A stretch of 64,000 nt of DNA from Isurus oxyrinchus (lineage: Eukaryota). The position numbers were made by a program, and so were the translations under genes. The notes below the pieces were generated by a model. That model made no database searches, was not told the DNA's origin, and was given only the letters and a program-made list of their open reading frames with translations. The DNA is taken from positions 163,370,001 to 163,434,000 of the forward strand of contig JANJGN010000009.1 in assembly GCA_026770705.1 (NCBI GenBank), written 5' to 3'. Positions within the stretch are counted from its first letter, which is position 1, and each line of letters starts with the position of its first letter. This document shows positions 35,001-48,554 of the stretch, in pieces.

Positions 35001-38000
35001 TGTTTCAGAACCAGGGTCATTGTTTTATGGGGAGGGAATAGTTAATTTTTTATACAGGATAATTTGAGATTTTGTCTGGAATGATGGAATTTTTACAACA
35101 TAGGGGAGGGAATTCAGCCCATCGCTCCAATGCTGGTTCTCTGAATGATCTCCTCATTTAATTCCATTTCATTGTCCTTTTCCCACACCCTCATACATTT
35201 GTTTCCCTTTTAAAATCTATTATTAAATTTGTTTGTAAACTTATTTCAGTTGGGCATTCCATGTCCTAAAAACAGTTTGCATCAATAAAATTCTCCAAAT
35301 TTCTCCCTTTGTCCTTTTAGTGATAATTTTAAAGTTAATGCTCTCTTGTTGCTGACTCACTGACTAGTGGAAATAGTTAGAGTTACCTTATCCAAATTTC
35401 TAACAATTTCCACGTCCTCCAGCTGGTCATTCACCTCAGTTGTGATGATACTTTCCTCATGACTAAAACCTCTCATCCAAGGGTTCATTTTAATTCAATT
35501 CTTCTCTATTCTATCAGTGATATCCTTCCCAAACTAGGACACAACAGTTGGAGGTTGCATTTCACAATTCTATCTGCTGGAAATAGACAAATTGCTTTAT
35601 GAAAGCTCTGTCAATCAAATGCTATTTTGATTCGATGGGTTTATTGGAGATTCGGCAATATTTTTGCATGTTTTGGGGATATTTTCTGATCCTGTCCATT
35701 TTTCATGAAAAATGCAACTTAGTGACCTTGTTCAGAATGTTTGAGGAACCAGAGAGACTGAATTTGGCCAGTTGCAATTTCTCAGATTGACTGAAGGAAC
35801 TGAAACAGTGACCAGTTGGATAGACATGAATTTAAAACATTCATTCACCACATTGTTTGTAGAAAGTAACACTTACCAATGTTTCCAATTTGTATCACAT
35901 AACTGCAGCTTTTCGTTGTTACATTCATGAGTGTTAAGTTAACAGTGACAGTGTCACTGGATTTTACTCCCTGATTATTCGAGGCTCTACAGTAATATTG
36001 ATGATGTTGCTGTTTGAAGGATTGACAATGTAGATCCAGTTTATTGGTGTCAGAGATCTTTGAATCTTCAGACAGGGTCTTTTCATACCATGTGTACTGA
36101 ATGGGAAGGGATCCGTGGACAGACTCACAGGAGACGGACACTGAACCCCCAGAACATGAGACATTTAGCGGTGATGAAAATCTAAGCACAGGAACAGACA
36201 CGGGTTCTGTTGGAAGGAAAGAAACATTCAGATACTGAACATTTAATAATCAAATACTCTTCAAACTTTGCACTTCATTTCAGCCAGGCTCTGCCATGTT
36301 GGAATCTCACCAACACATCTACCACTCTATGGGGTGGATGTTAAATTTGGGTTTGGGAACTGGACATGGGAGATAGTTTCAGGTCCTGACACCATTCACC
36401 ATTCTTTTGGCATGCCAACTGCAATTTTCAATGTTCCAGCCAATCAAAAGCCTGGAACTGGTCTCACCATCCAATCAGGGACAGAGGGCGGGTTCCTGAT
36501 GCAAGAGGGCCTCACCAGGTGAGGTGGGAGTTGCTGACCTGAGCATGGAGACAGCAAGGGGAAAGTCCAGGGAAGTTTATTTTATGTTTCAAAACCCGGC
36601 AGCTGCCGGGCCATGATCCTGAAGGGGCAATGTGGTCTGCTAGCATTGCTGAATGAAATCCCAGTGGGTGCAGGAATGGGTCTTTAATTGGCCCCTTTGG
36701 TAAATGTTATTTCCTAAGTTAGCTGCCCACCACTTGACTGCAAGCCGCCCGCTTTCTAAATATTTGGGGCTTGGGATTGTAATGGTAAATTGGCATGGAG
36801 ACCAGCGGTGCCAAATGTCATACCCACCCGCCTCTAATCCTGACACCATACTTTTTAAAAATCCATCCCCATATCTCTCCATCCTCTTAGAGGCCTGAGT
36901 TACCCTTTCAGCCATTATATCAGAACAAATCAGGTCTCCAGATCAGAACAGCAGCTATGATACTGAGAGTATGTTAACATGAATATCATGGTGAACAATA
37001 TCTCTTTGTAGCTGGTAGTGAGCCTCCAATGCTGTTTCATTGTTTGTGAGTTGAATGTGAATTAGTTGGAGAGAATCTTAGAAAAGCAAAGGGGAAAATG
37101 AGGGCAAAATGTTGTCAGATATCGGTTACATGTTTTGTAGCTTTGGATAAGAATGTAAATGTGATTGGCTCTGGTTCTCTGCATGCTGCGATAGAACACT
37201 TCAACCCTGGTACGTGGAGACGAGAGGGGGGACTGTGTGTGGGGTGGTGAGAAAGCTGGAAATACCAGGAATGTTGAGTTTGTGCCGAATTTAACAGCAA
37301 AATCTCACCAGAATTCTTGCACACTGATTGAATGTTTGGCTGGTTTCTAAGTAGGAACGTTATGGTAAAAGTTTGGAAATTGGTGGGAATTTGTCCTCGG
37401 AGCACAGCAGCGAGGAGGGAGTCAGGGTGACTTTGCTGCTTGGGGCAGGATTGGCCAATCATGGGGAGGGAGAAATTGTATAAAACATTTGCCTGGGGGT
37501 GGGGGTGAAGCTTTCGTGTGTCTCCTGGATCACAAGCTGTGCTGGAGAAGGTTCTGGATCCAGCAAATCCCATCATGCATCAACCCGATGCAGGATGGGG
37601 GAGGGGAATTAAAATTCCCTCTTTGATCAAGGGATTAGCCAGAGAAAAGTGACACTTTCGCCAACATTTTTAATGAGGTTTGGCAGGCTTTCACTGCTTT
37701 CACTGTCACAAACTGTACTCTGAAACAACACAGGTCACAGTTTGCCTGGTGATTGGAAAGTGTCTCTTTGAAATGCTAACTGTTTATGAGCTTGTTTCAC
37801 AGCACATTGTTACTCACAAGGCCCAGACCACTGAAAAATTAACTGGGGCTCCAGAACATGGAAAAGGGATTCGGACATGCAGCCCCTTCAGCCTGTTCCA
37901 CAATTCAATTAAGTCACAACTGACCAGTATCTTCTGTCCATTTACCTACCGGGGTCCCATAACCCGAATATTGCTACCAGATAAAATCTGTCAATCAGTT

Positions 38001-41000
38001 TTGAAATTTTCAACTGATTTCAAGAGTTTTTTTGAGGAGAGTATTCTAGATTTTCACTATACCTTGCGTGAAGAAGTGATTCCTGACATCCCTGACGAGC
38101 CTATCTCCAGATTTAAGGTTACGGTTCCATGACGTGGACTGCCTCATCAGTGGATAGGGTCAAAAGTCAACAATTTGAAGTGGTTTTGATATGTTAATGA
38201 ACAAAAAAGAACTTCAACAGATTTGTACATGAAGCAATAACAGGAATAGTTTGAATTGAGTTGTTTTAGTTCAAAGGGAGATATATGCAGGTTGTAACAA
38301 GATGTAAGGAACTGACATAAAGATAGGGTAAGTTTGTTTTTACAAGTCTAAGAGGTAAAGTAAAGATTGATTTAATCAATCCTGGGAAAGAAGCATTTCT
38401 GAACAGACTGGTTTCAACAAAGAGAGATGAAAGAGAAGAAACACATTTAAGGGAATACTGAAGCCTATGTGAGGGGGTAGCTGCTTAGATATCCCAGAAC
38501 ACAGCAGGATGGTTGGCCAGATCTCCCTGAAGACAGCAGGGTAGCAGGTCAGAACTCCCAGGAGACAGTGTGTACAAGGCCCAGACCTGAAGACATCTGT
38601 TTAATGCTACCACTGCATACAATTAAACACAGTTAATAAAGGATTAGATGGTGACCTTCTCTCTTTTTAAATAAAATTTTCAGTTAATATGGAGGAATCC
38701 GTCCACTTGCAGTCTGAGGTGATAGCGCCAGCATGTCAATGCACCAAGGTCAACACTGTTAGGATGGCAGGTGCCATGGAGACGTTGGTCCAGGGCACCG
38801 TTCCTACACTGCTGTGGGGCTGAACTCCATTGCTGATGTATAGTTGGCCCCTGACAGTGTGTATGAGAGAGGGGTGCAGGCAGCTCGATCTCAGTCCAGC
38901 TACCCCTGCTCCTCAAGAATTCAGACACGGGCCCTTGGGTACCCATAGTGAGAAAGATCAACATGTGTACCCTCGGGGCCATTCATCCTGGTAACTCCCC
39001 TCTTACTGTGACCTTGACAGCTCCCAGTTCACAGGCCAAGGAGGGTGCTAATGCCACACAGTAGGACCTCGAAGGGAAGCCAGGGCCCTCCAGGCCTCAG
39101 GCCTCCAGAGGACGCCTGCCAAAGTTATCACAGACAGAGCATAGCAGTCAGCAGACTGTCTTTACCTCCACTCTGGATGTCTGCAGAGCACCAAGATGTA
39201 GCGGGAGGATTAGGAAAGTTGAGAAGATGTAGCTCTTTTAATGCCAAACAAATAAACTAAATTAACAAAATGAGGGATAAAATAAAACGCAGCCCCTAAG
39301 TTAGGGTCACTGCAAAACCAAAGACAGGATTTAAAGGAAACTTATAACATCAAACCAAAATGTGATTAAGAGGGTGGATAAAGCACCCCAACCCCCGTGG
39401 TCGCCCACCGAGCACGGAAGGTCTCAACAGTGCCGGCAGACACCACGTGGTTGAGGAGATGTGCCTCTTTCAAGTTAAAACCAATTAAACCAAATTTACA
39501 AAATTGGGATAAATCAGGCACAGCCCCTAATTCATTTCAGCTGCAAGACCAAGAACAAAGTATAAAGGAAACTTACAAACTTTAAACCAAAATGTGATTA
39601 AAGGGGTCGATAAAACACCCCAGTCCCCGCGGTGCCCAACAAGGCGTTGAGGAGATGTAGCTGCACGTCCTGGGCACTGGTGTTTATCACTTGTACATAC
39701 TGTTCATTATTGTCAATAAACTCCAAAGAATGTCTCCTTGCCTATCGCTGCTTGTTTTGTTGAGCAATGTTCATGTCACTCACATGTGAACACATTCTGT
39801 ACAAGATAAAGGCAGGTGTCTCAGTGCAGGGCCTCTATCCTGTGCTTTGTGCAGCCTTCAGACCAAAGTGATGGCCTGGATTTCACCAATTTGGGTTGAT
39901 TCAGGAGCCCTTTAAAAATGATGGGTGTGTCCTAATTCTGGGATTCCCAACGGCGTTCCAGGGTTGTGTGATTTTGGGAGCAGCTTTAAAGGATACAGGC
40001 TGGCTCCTTCAAAACCCACACCCAGAACTCCCCAACCTGGAAAAACTCAGCAGGTCTGGCAGCATCGGTGGAGAAGAGCAGAATTGACGTTTCGAGTCCT
40101 CATGACCCTTCAACAGAACGAAGTAAAATTAGGAGAGGGATGAAATATAAGCTGGTCTAATGGATTGCGGGGCGGGGGGGGTTGGTGGAGAGAGAAGTGG
40201 GGGGTGGTTGTTGGGACAAGCAAGCAGTGATAGGAGGCGATAACCAAAAGAAGTCACAGACAAAAGAACAAAGAGGTGTTGAAGGTGGTGACCCCAGTTT
40301 CATTCTATTCTTCGTCTCATCCGTCGCCTCAACAAGAAACCTTTTCTCTTTCTCTCAAGTGCTAAGGAACGCAAGCTGCAACAACTCATTGACACCAACA
40401 CACATCCAAGACCCTCCATCCCAGCCTGTCCCTCCGTCCTCATCCCATCTTCCAATCCCAGCCCCGGCCGGGTATTCACTATACCCCCTGACCTTCCCCT
40501 CTTTGATGCTGAACGTTCAGTGCTCAGCAAAGGACTCAGTTTCATACCCTTACGTACTCATCTCAATGAATTTCGGGCTCGGCATGATACTGAACTCTTC
40601 TTTCACCGTCTTCGTTTCCGGGCTCACTTCTTTGGGCAGGAGTCCTCTCCCCTTTCAATGGATCCTTTCACCCATCTCCATATTCTCCCTCCACCTGGAC
40701 CTCTCCATCTAGATTCCTACCTGCTCTTGATCTTTTCATTGAGAACTATCGGCGTAACATTAGTCGTCTCAATTTCTCTGCTCCTCTCACCCATTCTAAC
40801 CTGTCTCTCTCTGAACTTACTGCACTCCATTCTCTCAGGTCCAACCCTGACATTGTCATCAAACCCGCTGACAAGGTTGGTGCTGTTGTTGTCTGGCGCA
40901 CTGACCTCTACCTCGCGGAGGCTGAGCGTCAACTCGCAGACACTTCCTCCTACCTCTCCCTGGACCATGATGGCACCACTGAACATCAAGCCATTGTTTC

Positions 41001-44000
41001 CAGGACTGTCACTGATCTCATCCCCTCTGGGGATCTTCCTCCCACAGCTTCCAACCTGATAGTCGCCCAACCTCGGACGGCCCGCTTCTACCTCCTACCC
41101 AAAACCCACAAACAGGACTGTCCCGCCAGACTGATCGTGTCAGCCTGTTCTTGCCCCAGGGAACTCATTTCTCGCTATCTTGAGTCCCTTCTCTCTCCCC
41201 TTGTCCAGTCCCTTCCCACCTACATCCATGATTCCTCTGACACCTTACGTCACATCACCAATTTCCAGTTCCCTGGCCCCAACCGCCATTTCCATCCCCT
41301 TTCCGTTTCTTCCCCCACCTTTTTGTTTTTTCCAATACTTTATATAGATTTTTCTTTTCCCAACTATTTCCGTTATTTTTAAATGTATTTCCATCCATTG
41401 TTTATCACTTCCTTTTAGCTTTTTAGTATTCCTTCACCCCACCCCACCCCCGTTACGTCTATCTGTACCTTGTTTGTCCTGCTTTCTACCCTTAATTAGC
41501 ACATTCCTTTAGATAATATCACCACCTTCAACACCGCTTTGTACTTTTGTCTGCGACATCTTTTGGTTATCTCCTCCTATTACTGGCTTCTTGTCACAAC
41601 AACGCACCTACCCTCCTCTTAAACCAGCTTATACTTCACCCCTTTCCTTTTGTAACTTAGTTCTGTTGAAGGGTCATGAGGACTCGAAATATCAACTGTG
41701 CTCTTCTCCACCGATGCTGCCAGACCTGCTGAGTTTTTCCAGGTATTTCTACTTCTGTCTTTGGTTTGGATTTCCAGCATCTGCAGTTCCTTGCTTTTAT
41801 CTCAATATTTATCTTTGTTTAGCATTTCAGCAAACAATTGTTTTGTGACTTACTGCACTCCGTTCTCTAAGATCCAACCGCAACATTGTCATCAAACCCG
41901 CTGTCAAGGGTGGTGCTGTTGTTGTCTGGCGCACTGACCTCTACCTCGCAGAGGCTGAGCGTCAAGTCGCAGACACTTCCTCCTAACCCTCCCTGGACCA
42001 TGACCCCACCACTGAACATCAAGCCATTGTTTCCAGGACTGTCACTAACCTCATCCCCTCTGGAGATCTTCCTCCCACAGCTTCCAACCTGATAGTCGCC
42101 CAACCTCGGATGGCCCGCTTCTACCTCCTACCCAAAATCCACAAACAGGACTGTCCCGGCAGACCGATCGTGTTAGCCTCTTCCTGCCCCACGGAACTCA
42201 TTTCTCGTTATCTTGACTCCCTTCTCTCTCCCCTTGTCCAGTCCCTTCCCACCTACATCCGTGATTCATCTGACACCTTACGTCACATCAACAATTTCCA
42301 GTTCCCTGCCCCCAACTGCTTCCTCTTCACCATGTACGTCCAATCCCTCTACACCTCCATCCCCCACCAGGATGGTCTGAGGGCCCTTAGCTTTTTCCTC
42401 GAACAGAGGCCCGAACAATCCCCATCCACCACTACTCTCCTCCGTCTGGCTGAACTTGTTCTCACACTGAACAATTTCTCCTTCAACTCCTCTCACTTCC
42501 TCCAAATAAAAGGTGTGGCTATGGGTACCCACATGAGCCCCTGTCTCTTTATGGGGTATATGGAACATTCCTTGTTCCAGTCCTACTCCGGCCCCCTCCC
42601 ACACCTCTTTCTCCAGTACATCGATGATTACTTCGGTGCCGCTTCATGCTCTCTTTGGGACCTGGAAAAATTTATTAATTTTGCTCTGAATCTCCACCCC
42701 TCCATCATTTTCACATGGTCCATCTCTGATACTTCCCTTCCCTTCCTTGACCTCGCTGTCTCAATCTCTGGTGATAGACTGTCCACCAATATCCATTACA
42801 AGCCTACCGACTCCCACAGCTACCTCGACTACAGCTCCTCACACCCCGCTTCCTCTAAGGACTCCATCCCATTCTCCCAGTTCCTTTGCCTTCGTCGCAT
42901 CTGTTCCAATGATGCTACCTTCAAAAATAGTTCCTCTGACATGTCCTCCTTCTTCCTTTACCGAGGTTTTCCACCCACGGTCGTTGACAGGGCCCTCAAC
43001 CGTGTCCAGCCCATCTCCCGCGCAGCCGCCCTCACGCCTTCTCCTCCCTCCCAGAAACATGATAGGGTCCCCCTTGTCTTCACTTGTCACCCCACCAGCC
43101 TCCGCATTCAAAGGATCATCTTCCGCCATGTCCGCCAACTCCAGCATGAAGCCACCACCAAACACATCTTCCCTTCACCAGCCCCCCCCCGGTGGCATTC
43201 CGTAGGGATTGTTCCCTCCAGGACACCCTGGTCCAGTCCTCCATCATCCCCTACTCCTCAACGCCCACCTATGGTACCTCCCCATGCCCACGCAAAAGAT
43301 GCAACACCTGCCCCTTCACTTCCTCTCTCCTCACTGTCCAAGGGCCCAAACACACCTTTCAAGTGAAGCAGCATTTCACTTGCATTTCCCCCAACTTAGT
43401 CTACTGAATTAGTTGCTCCCAATGCAGTTTCCTTTACATTGGAAAGACCAAACGCAGACTGGGTGACCGCTTTGCAGAACACCTTCGGTCTGTCTGCAAG
43501 CATCACCCAGACCTCCCTGTCGCTTGCCATTTCAACACTCCACCCTGCTGTCATGCCCACATGTCTGTTCCTTGGCTTGCTGCATTGTTCCAGTGAACGC
43601 AAACTGGAGGAACAACACCTCATCTTCTGACTTGGCACTTTACAGCCTTTTGGACTGAATATTGAGTTCAACAACTTTAGATCTTCAACTCCCTCCTCCA
43701 TCCCCACCCCCTTTCTGTTTCTTCCTCCTCCTTTTTATTTTTTACAATAATTTATATAGATTTGTCTTTTCCCACCTATTTCCATTATTTTTAATGTATT
43801 CCACTGATCATTTATCTATACCTTTTATGCCCTTTTAGTCTTATTTCACCCCACCCCCACTAGACCTATCTGTACCTTGCTTGTTCTGCTATCCATTCTT
43901 AATTAGCACATTCTTTTAGATAATATCACCACCTTCAACACTTCTTTGTTATTTTGTCTGTGACATCTTTTGGTTATCTCCTCCTATCACTGCTTGCTTG

Positions 44001-47000
44001 TCCCAACAACCACCTCCCCACTTCTCTATCCACTCGCACCCCCACCCCCACCCCTTAGACAAGCTTATATTTCACCCCTCTCTTCTTTTTACTTAGTTCT
44101 GTTGAAGGGTCATCAGGACTCGAAACATCAACTGTGCTCTTCTCCGCCGATGCTGCCAGACCTGCTGAGTTTTTCCAGGTATTTCTTATTTTTTGTTTTG
44201 GATTTCCAGCATCCGCAGTTTTTTGTTTTTATTTTTGTTTTTAACTCCCCAACCTGGCTGCCTCCATTGTGGAGATGGACACGTCCTACTCCTCTGCAAT
44301 TTTCATGGATTTGGGCCAAGTTTTGAATGAGTCGTAGTCCAAAGCCCCTCAGATGAGCTGTAAACACTGGTCTGCATGAGGGGTCCTTTTAACAATTAAG
44401 TTCAAAAGGTCCATCTCATGCCCCCTATGTCAAGTCACACCCCCATCCAGCCCATTTGGCCCTTCATGCCCCCTATATCGCTTTACCCATGCCTTATACC
44501 CCCTCATGCTCCTGACTTCAAGCTGTACACTTCCACCCAACTCCAAGCCCCCTCATGACAAATTTTCCCCTTACACCCACCCCCTTTATGGGCTGTGAGG
44601 GGTGAGGGGTGAAGGGCCTTTGTGTTTTGAGCTTAGCTGTTACAAAGTCCAAGGGCATTAAGGAGGGGCCTTTTAAACAGCCCGTCTCCGCAGCCGGCAG
44701 CCCCTGTGGCTGCCTCTGCATTTCTTCCTGGTGTGGCTGGCCAGACTGCAGCCCGGGCACAGCTCCCAGCAATGGGAATCCCACCTTTGTGGGCACTTTC
44801 TTCCAAGGCCGAGCGGGGAATTTTCCGAATTGCCCCTACCCGCTTTGAGGCTGAATATCCAGCCCAATGTCTCAACAATTAATAAAGAGGCTTCTTTTAC
44901 CATCAAAACAACTTCTCAATTTCCGTTTAGTTCACTTGTAAAGTTCAACTCTGACATGTCGGACAGGCCATGAATTGGGTTTGGGTAACATGAGTCGGAT
45001 TTCCCGACCACTGCCCTTTACCTTTAAGACTCTGCATTGCTGTGGAGCCTCGGGATATCGGAGCTGTCATGTTTCCTCCCAGATAAAACATTGAGCAGAC
45101 ATTTCAGTCGAGAATAATAAAGAAAATCAGTAAGAAATGTACCGTAAGATATTTGTAGCCAGACAGCAAACATTGAATCGAGGAGGCCAGGTTTGTCAAT
45201 ACCACAGCTGTACCATCCTGTATCTCTTGAGCGAAGATCCTCCATAGTAACAATAAATATTCCTTGTGACTTGTTATCTGTGACCGATATTCTTCCATTT
45301 CGCCAATTTGTCGATGCTACAACATTACACTGGCGACTCTTGCCAAGACACCAATATTTTATATGTGACTTGTACCACTGTGCATCATAGTGACATTCTA
45401 TTGTGATCGCTCTTCCCACAACTCCTGTTACTCTGTCTTTTGCCCACAATGCACCTGAAACTGAGGAGACAACATTTCAGGAATTGAACAGGAAATAACT
45501 GCTTAATTCAAAGAGATACATTTTAATGAGTTAAATTCCATCAAGTTTGTGATGAGAGTAAACTTTCATATAGACACTTATCAGAGCCTCACTCTGTTCC
45601 AAAGCACATCACAGACAATGATTTACTTGTGAGATATTTGGGGCATTTTCTTGACTTATTGGCAGGGGCTGGTAGAGTGAGGGGAACCTGGAAATTGGGG
45701 TTCTGCCTCATACTGTGGGGTTTCACCCTAGACTGCGTATGACATCATCAAGAGGTTCCACAGCCAGAAACCAGCCTGACTGACAGGCCTGATTTGCAGT
45801 CGGTTGGGGAGCAGTGTGGAGGGGGTCACAGGAGCCGACAGTTCCCTGCTCTGATCTGAGGTGGGTGGGGTGCGGGAGATGGTTGGATCATTGCAGGAGG
45901 GCGTGTTCAGATCTTGAATGAGTTAGGGACATCCAAAGGTAGGATTTGAAGGCCTTGAAAGTTTGAGAGGTTGTGTGATAGGTGGCCTTGTAGGATGGAT
46001 GGATTCCTGAGGTAGGGATTTGGATGCTTTGACTTGAATATTCATGAGACCAATGGCCTTGCTGGGAGAGAAACTCATGCTGTGGGGAAAGAGTTTGCAC
46101 TAACATAAGAAAAGAGAGATTGAAAATAATTAAATGGCTAGAGAGAAGTGAAGGAAAGGAAAAAGATACAGGAAAAGTTACAGATGAAAAGGGAATGGGA
46201 AAGAGATCAGATCAGAAAGAGGAAGGATTGAAAAGAAGAAGATTGCCAAACAGACAGAAACATGATTCAGTTTCCTGTCCATAAGTACATCAAGTATTCT
46301 GCATTAAATTGATCAGCTAGAGGCACAAAATATTTTGGGGAGGTGGTTAAGAGCAGATGGGTCTGGGAGTTTAACATTGTGTGTTATAAAATACATTCAT
46401 TGAAAATGATGGAGAGGTGGCAATACTGAGTGACGAGCAAAATCTAGTTTCTTAAAGTTAAAGAATGAACAAGAAAAGGCTACTTATGAGAAGAGTGATG
46501 TAGACCAACCATCTACCAGTGAGGAACAGTGTCACTGAGAGAGCCTCATAACACAATATTTCATCAACTGTACTTTAAAAAACAGAAATATTTGCAAACT
46601 TGGGACATGTTTTATTTGTGGGATTATTACCGTTCCAGTCTTCAGTGTATACTGGACATCAGATTATATTGAAAATTATCAATTAAAACAGGTTTTCATT
46701 TTCAAAATGTTGCTTGCATAGATTTCTGAAAATTAAATTCTCCTTTACTTATCATTCATAGTTAATAATGCAGTTCAGTTTATTTGTTAACTATTCCCAT
46801 GGTGTGATAGTAAATTCACAGTATAATAATATACTTCACAATTATTATTCATTTGGTTTTGCTGACTATTTTGTGCCTTTAGACTTAGGAGACTTCCCAC
46901 ATCTAGAGACGGATGCGGCAGACAAAGCACATGTTTACTTTTGCTTTCCAAAGCTTGTTTACCCCGGAACAGGTCACTAACACCGGAGACAACAGAATGA

Positions 47001-47364
47001 GCGGCACCACTCCACATCAAACATGTCGGACTGGGATCTCTCACCCTCTTCCCACCAGCCTTAGGTCTGTTGGAAGATGTTCGGGTTGATAATCAACCTG
47101 TTGGGCTTGGTTAGAACGCGCCTTCCATTCTCAACAAGAACAGGAGTTCTTGACAAAGCTTCAAAGACAGAGCTTCTGGCTCAGATACAGAGACACTACC
47201 CACTGAGCCCAAGACCTCTTTTGTGCCTTTGCATGTCTCCAAATATTTTAACATCTCCTGTATAACCAGCGTACGAGAGTTAAACCAACTCAGATTATTG
47301 GAATATCCAGCTCTGGCTGTCACTCACCGGGCAGAGAACAAATGAGGAGAATCAAAATCCACAT
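28764..47364 (-). CDS. Gene B: inverted paralog of gene A, inhibitory Ig-superfamily receptor, 7 coding exons, 418 aa
   Basis: Exons (minus strand) 47364-47328, 45460-45143, 36206-35877, 33553-33436, 31939-31851, 29758-29706 and 29075-28764. Splice sites are intact; 1257 nt open. Confidence 0.92.
29706..29758 (-). CDS. Gene B exon 6, cytoplasmic
   Basis: GTNCILSHRRDKTLHDNQ; AG/GT intact. Confidence 0.85.
31851..31939 (-). CDS. Gene B exon 5, transmembrane segment
   Basis: Nucleotide-identical to gene A exon 5. Confidence 0.92.
33436..33553 (-). CDS. Gene B exon 4, Ser/Thr stalk
   Basis: GPEYFCDVSTTVSPTTHLTSTDIISTINRATPSDPKNAV; paralog of 12242-12359. Confidence 0.85.
35877..36206 (-). CDS. 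Gene B exon 3, second Ig domain
   Basis: Paralog of 9619-9942, two codons longer. Confidence 0.93.
38688..39872 (+). mobile_element. Harbinger-type fragment, B-arm copy (truncated)
   Basis: Reverse complement of 4793-5948. Confidence 0.7.
39233..39645 (-). mobile_element. Two tandem Tx1-like tails in the B arm (39233-39449, 39465-39645)
   Basis: WAPRGLGCFIDPFNHILV* end; three copies of gttgagragatgtag at 39218, 39450 and 39646. Confidence 0.7.
40082..40120 (-). ncRNA. Minimal type I hammerhead-ribozyme-like motif in Penelope pseudo-LTR (best-preserved copy)
   Basis: gtt-CUGUUGA-a-GGGUC augag GACUC-GAAACGUC-aau; the core has U in place of canonical A6. Confidence 0.55.
42110..43366 (+). pseudogene. 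Penelope reverse transcriptase ORF (frameshifted before the endonuclease)
   Basis: 418-aa ORF with PLE RT motifs. Small deletion after GTHMSP, frameshift at a C run (~43182-43190), stops in the GIY-YIG part. Confidence 0.85.
45143..45460 (-). CDS. Gene B exon 2, IgV domain
   Basis: ECHYDAQWYKSHIKYWCLGKSRQC...DTGWYSCGIDKPGLLDSMFAVWLQISY; splice sites conserved. Confidence 0.95.
47328..47364 (-). CDS. Gene B exon 1, signal peptide MWILILLICSLP
   Basis: Reverse-complement match to 1532-1568; donor gtgagt. Confidence 0.88.
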
Positions 47365-47825
47365 CGTTTTGTTCACAAAGATCAGGACAGAACTTGTTTC
47401 CAGACACTCAGCTCTTGTTTCGCACATCGAAATAAGTGTCTAATATAAATGCTACAAGGAACTTAAATGAGGAAGAAGATAGCAGGAAGACAGATCATGA
47501 AGACATATCAAGGCAGCTGATGAAATCTGACCCCTAAGAACTTGAACTTCTGTCAGTTATATTTAACAAAAGAACTAAACTAATTTTCATTGAAAGGATA
47601 TAAAATCCTGAAAACAAGAATGTTAAAAAGTTAGAACATATGGATAATGATGAGCTGAGCTAGTATTGATACTGAATTGTGAGGTGAGTTAGAACAGGAA
47701 CCCCCTCCCAATTTCCACAAACCCCACAGGAACAGAAGTATTTTTTTCATTTCTGAAATTTAGTTGTCCAATTGAATACAGAGATTTCTTAATATTTTGG
47801 TTTTATTTGCTAATCTTTGTAGATC

Positions 47826-48415
47826 ACCCATAAGCACCTGATTGATTTAAAAAGAAAGGAGATACCCCACAAAATGATGTTCCACCTGTAGCCATTGTTG
47901 AACCTGTGGTTCCTGTTAAAATTGTACAGCCAAGGATAGTCATGCCCGATGTCTCTGTTGGAGTGGACGACACTGATCTGCCTGTGCCTAATGAGGTACC
48001 TGATGTTATTGCAGAGACTGTGGTTCCTGTCAAAGAATCAGAGGTGGTGAAGCTATTCCACATGGATCAGGAAACCACTTGAAAGACTGAACTTATAATT
48101 TCAAGACCTGTGTAAATATTTTAATGTCATAAGATAAACATCCATGTGAATACAAATTGTACAGAAATGTAAAAGGGTGAGGAATGTAATAATTATAGTT
48201 TTGATCAGTGTAGGACTGTAACATTAAAAATAATCCGTTGTTGTAAAAGAACATGATCTGTGTTAACCAATCAATTTGCAGCATGGGGAACCTCCACGGG
48301 GAGTTGTCCTTTAGTTATAGAGTTAGATACACACATGTAGCTGCTGCTGCTGTCTTGTAAATAAAGTTCAATGTTTCCACCCAGAAAAGTTGCCTGGAAA
48401 ATCAACTCTATAACA
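47826..48415 (+). mobile_element. Gypsy-type relic, B-arm copy (LTR 48185-48415)
   Basis: PPT followed by TGTAAT...AATAAA...ATAACA. Confidence 0.65.
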
Positions 48416-48554
48416 ATGGGCTAGAACTTACTGAAAATATAATGGGGTATGAACAACAAACACCTCTTTTAATGTGAAAATCAGTCAGCAACTTTTGGCG
48501 ATGAAGAGAAAAGCCAATGAATCGTGAAATGCCACAAGTTACTGCTGATTTGTA

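Larger units (their letters stand above)
40041..44242 (+). mobile_element. Penelope-like element (RT + GIY-YIG endonuclease), partial tandem with inverted 5' pseudo-LTR; B-arm specific
   Basis: RT motifs FYLLPKIHK..PGRPIV, SLYTSIP, GVAMGT and QYIDD. GIY-YIG region NLVY..C..C..LYIGKT..R..EH. Perfect 15-bp TSD aactccccaacctgg at 40026-40040 and 44243-44257; empty site in arm A near 4626-4640. Confidence 0.93.
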
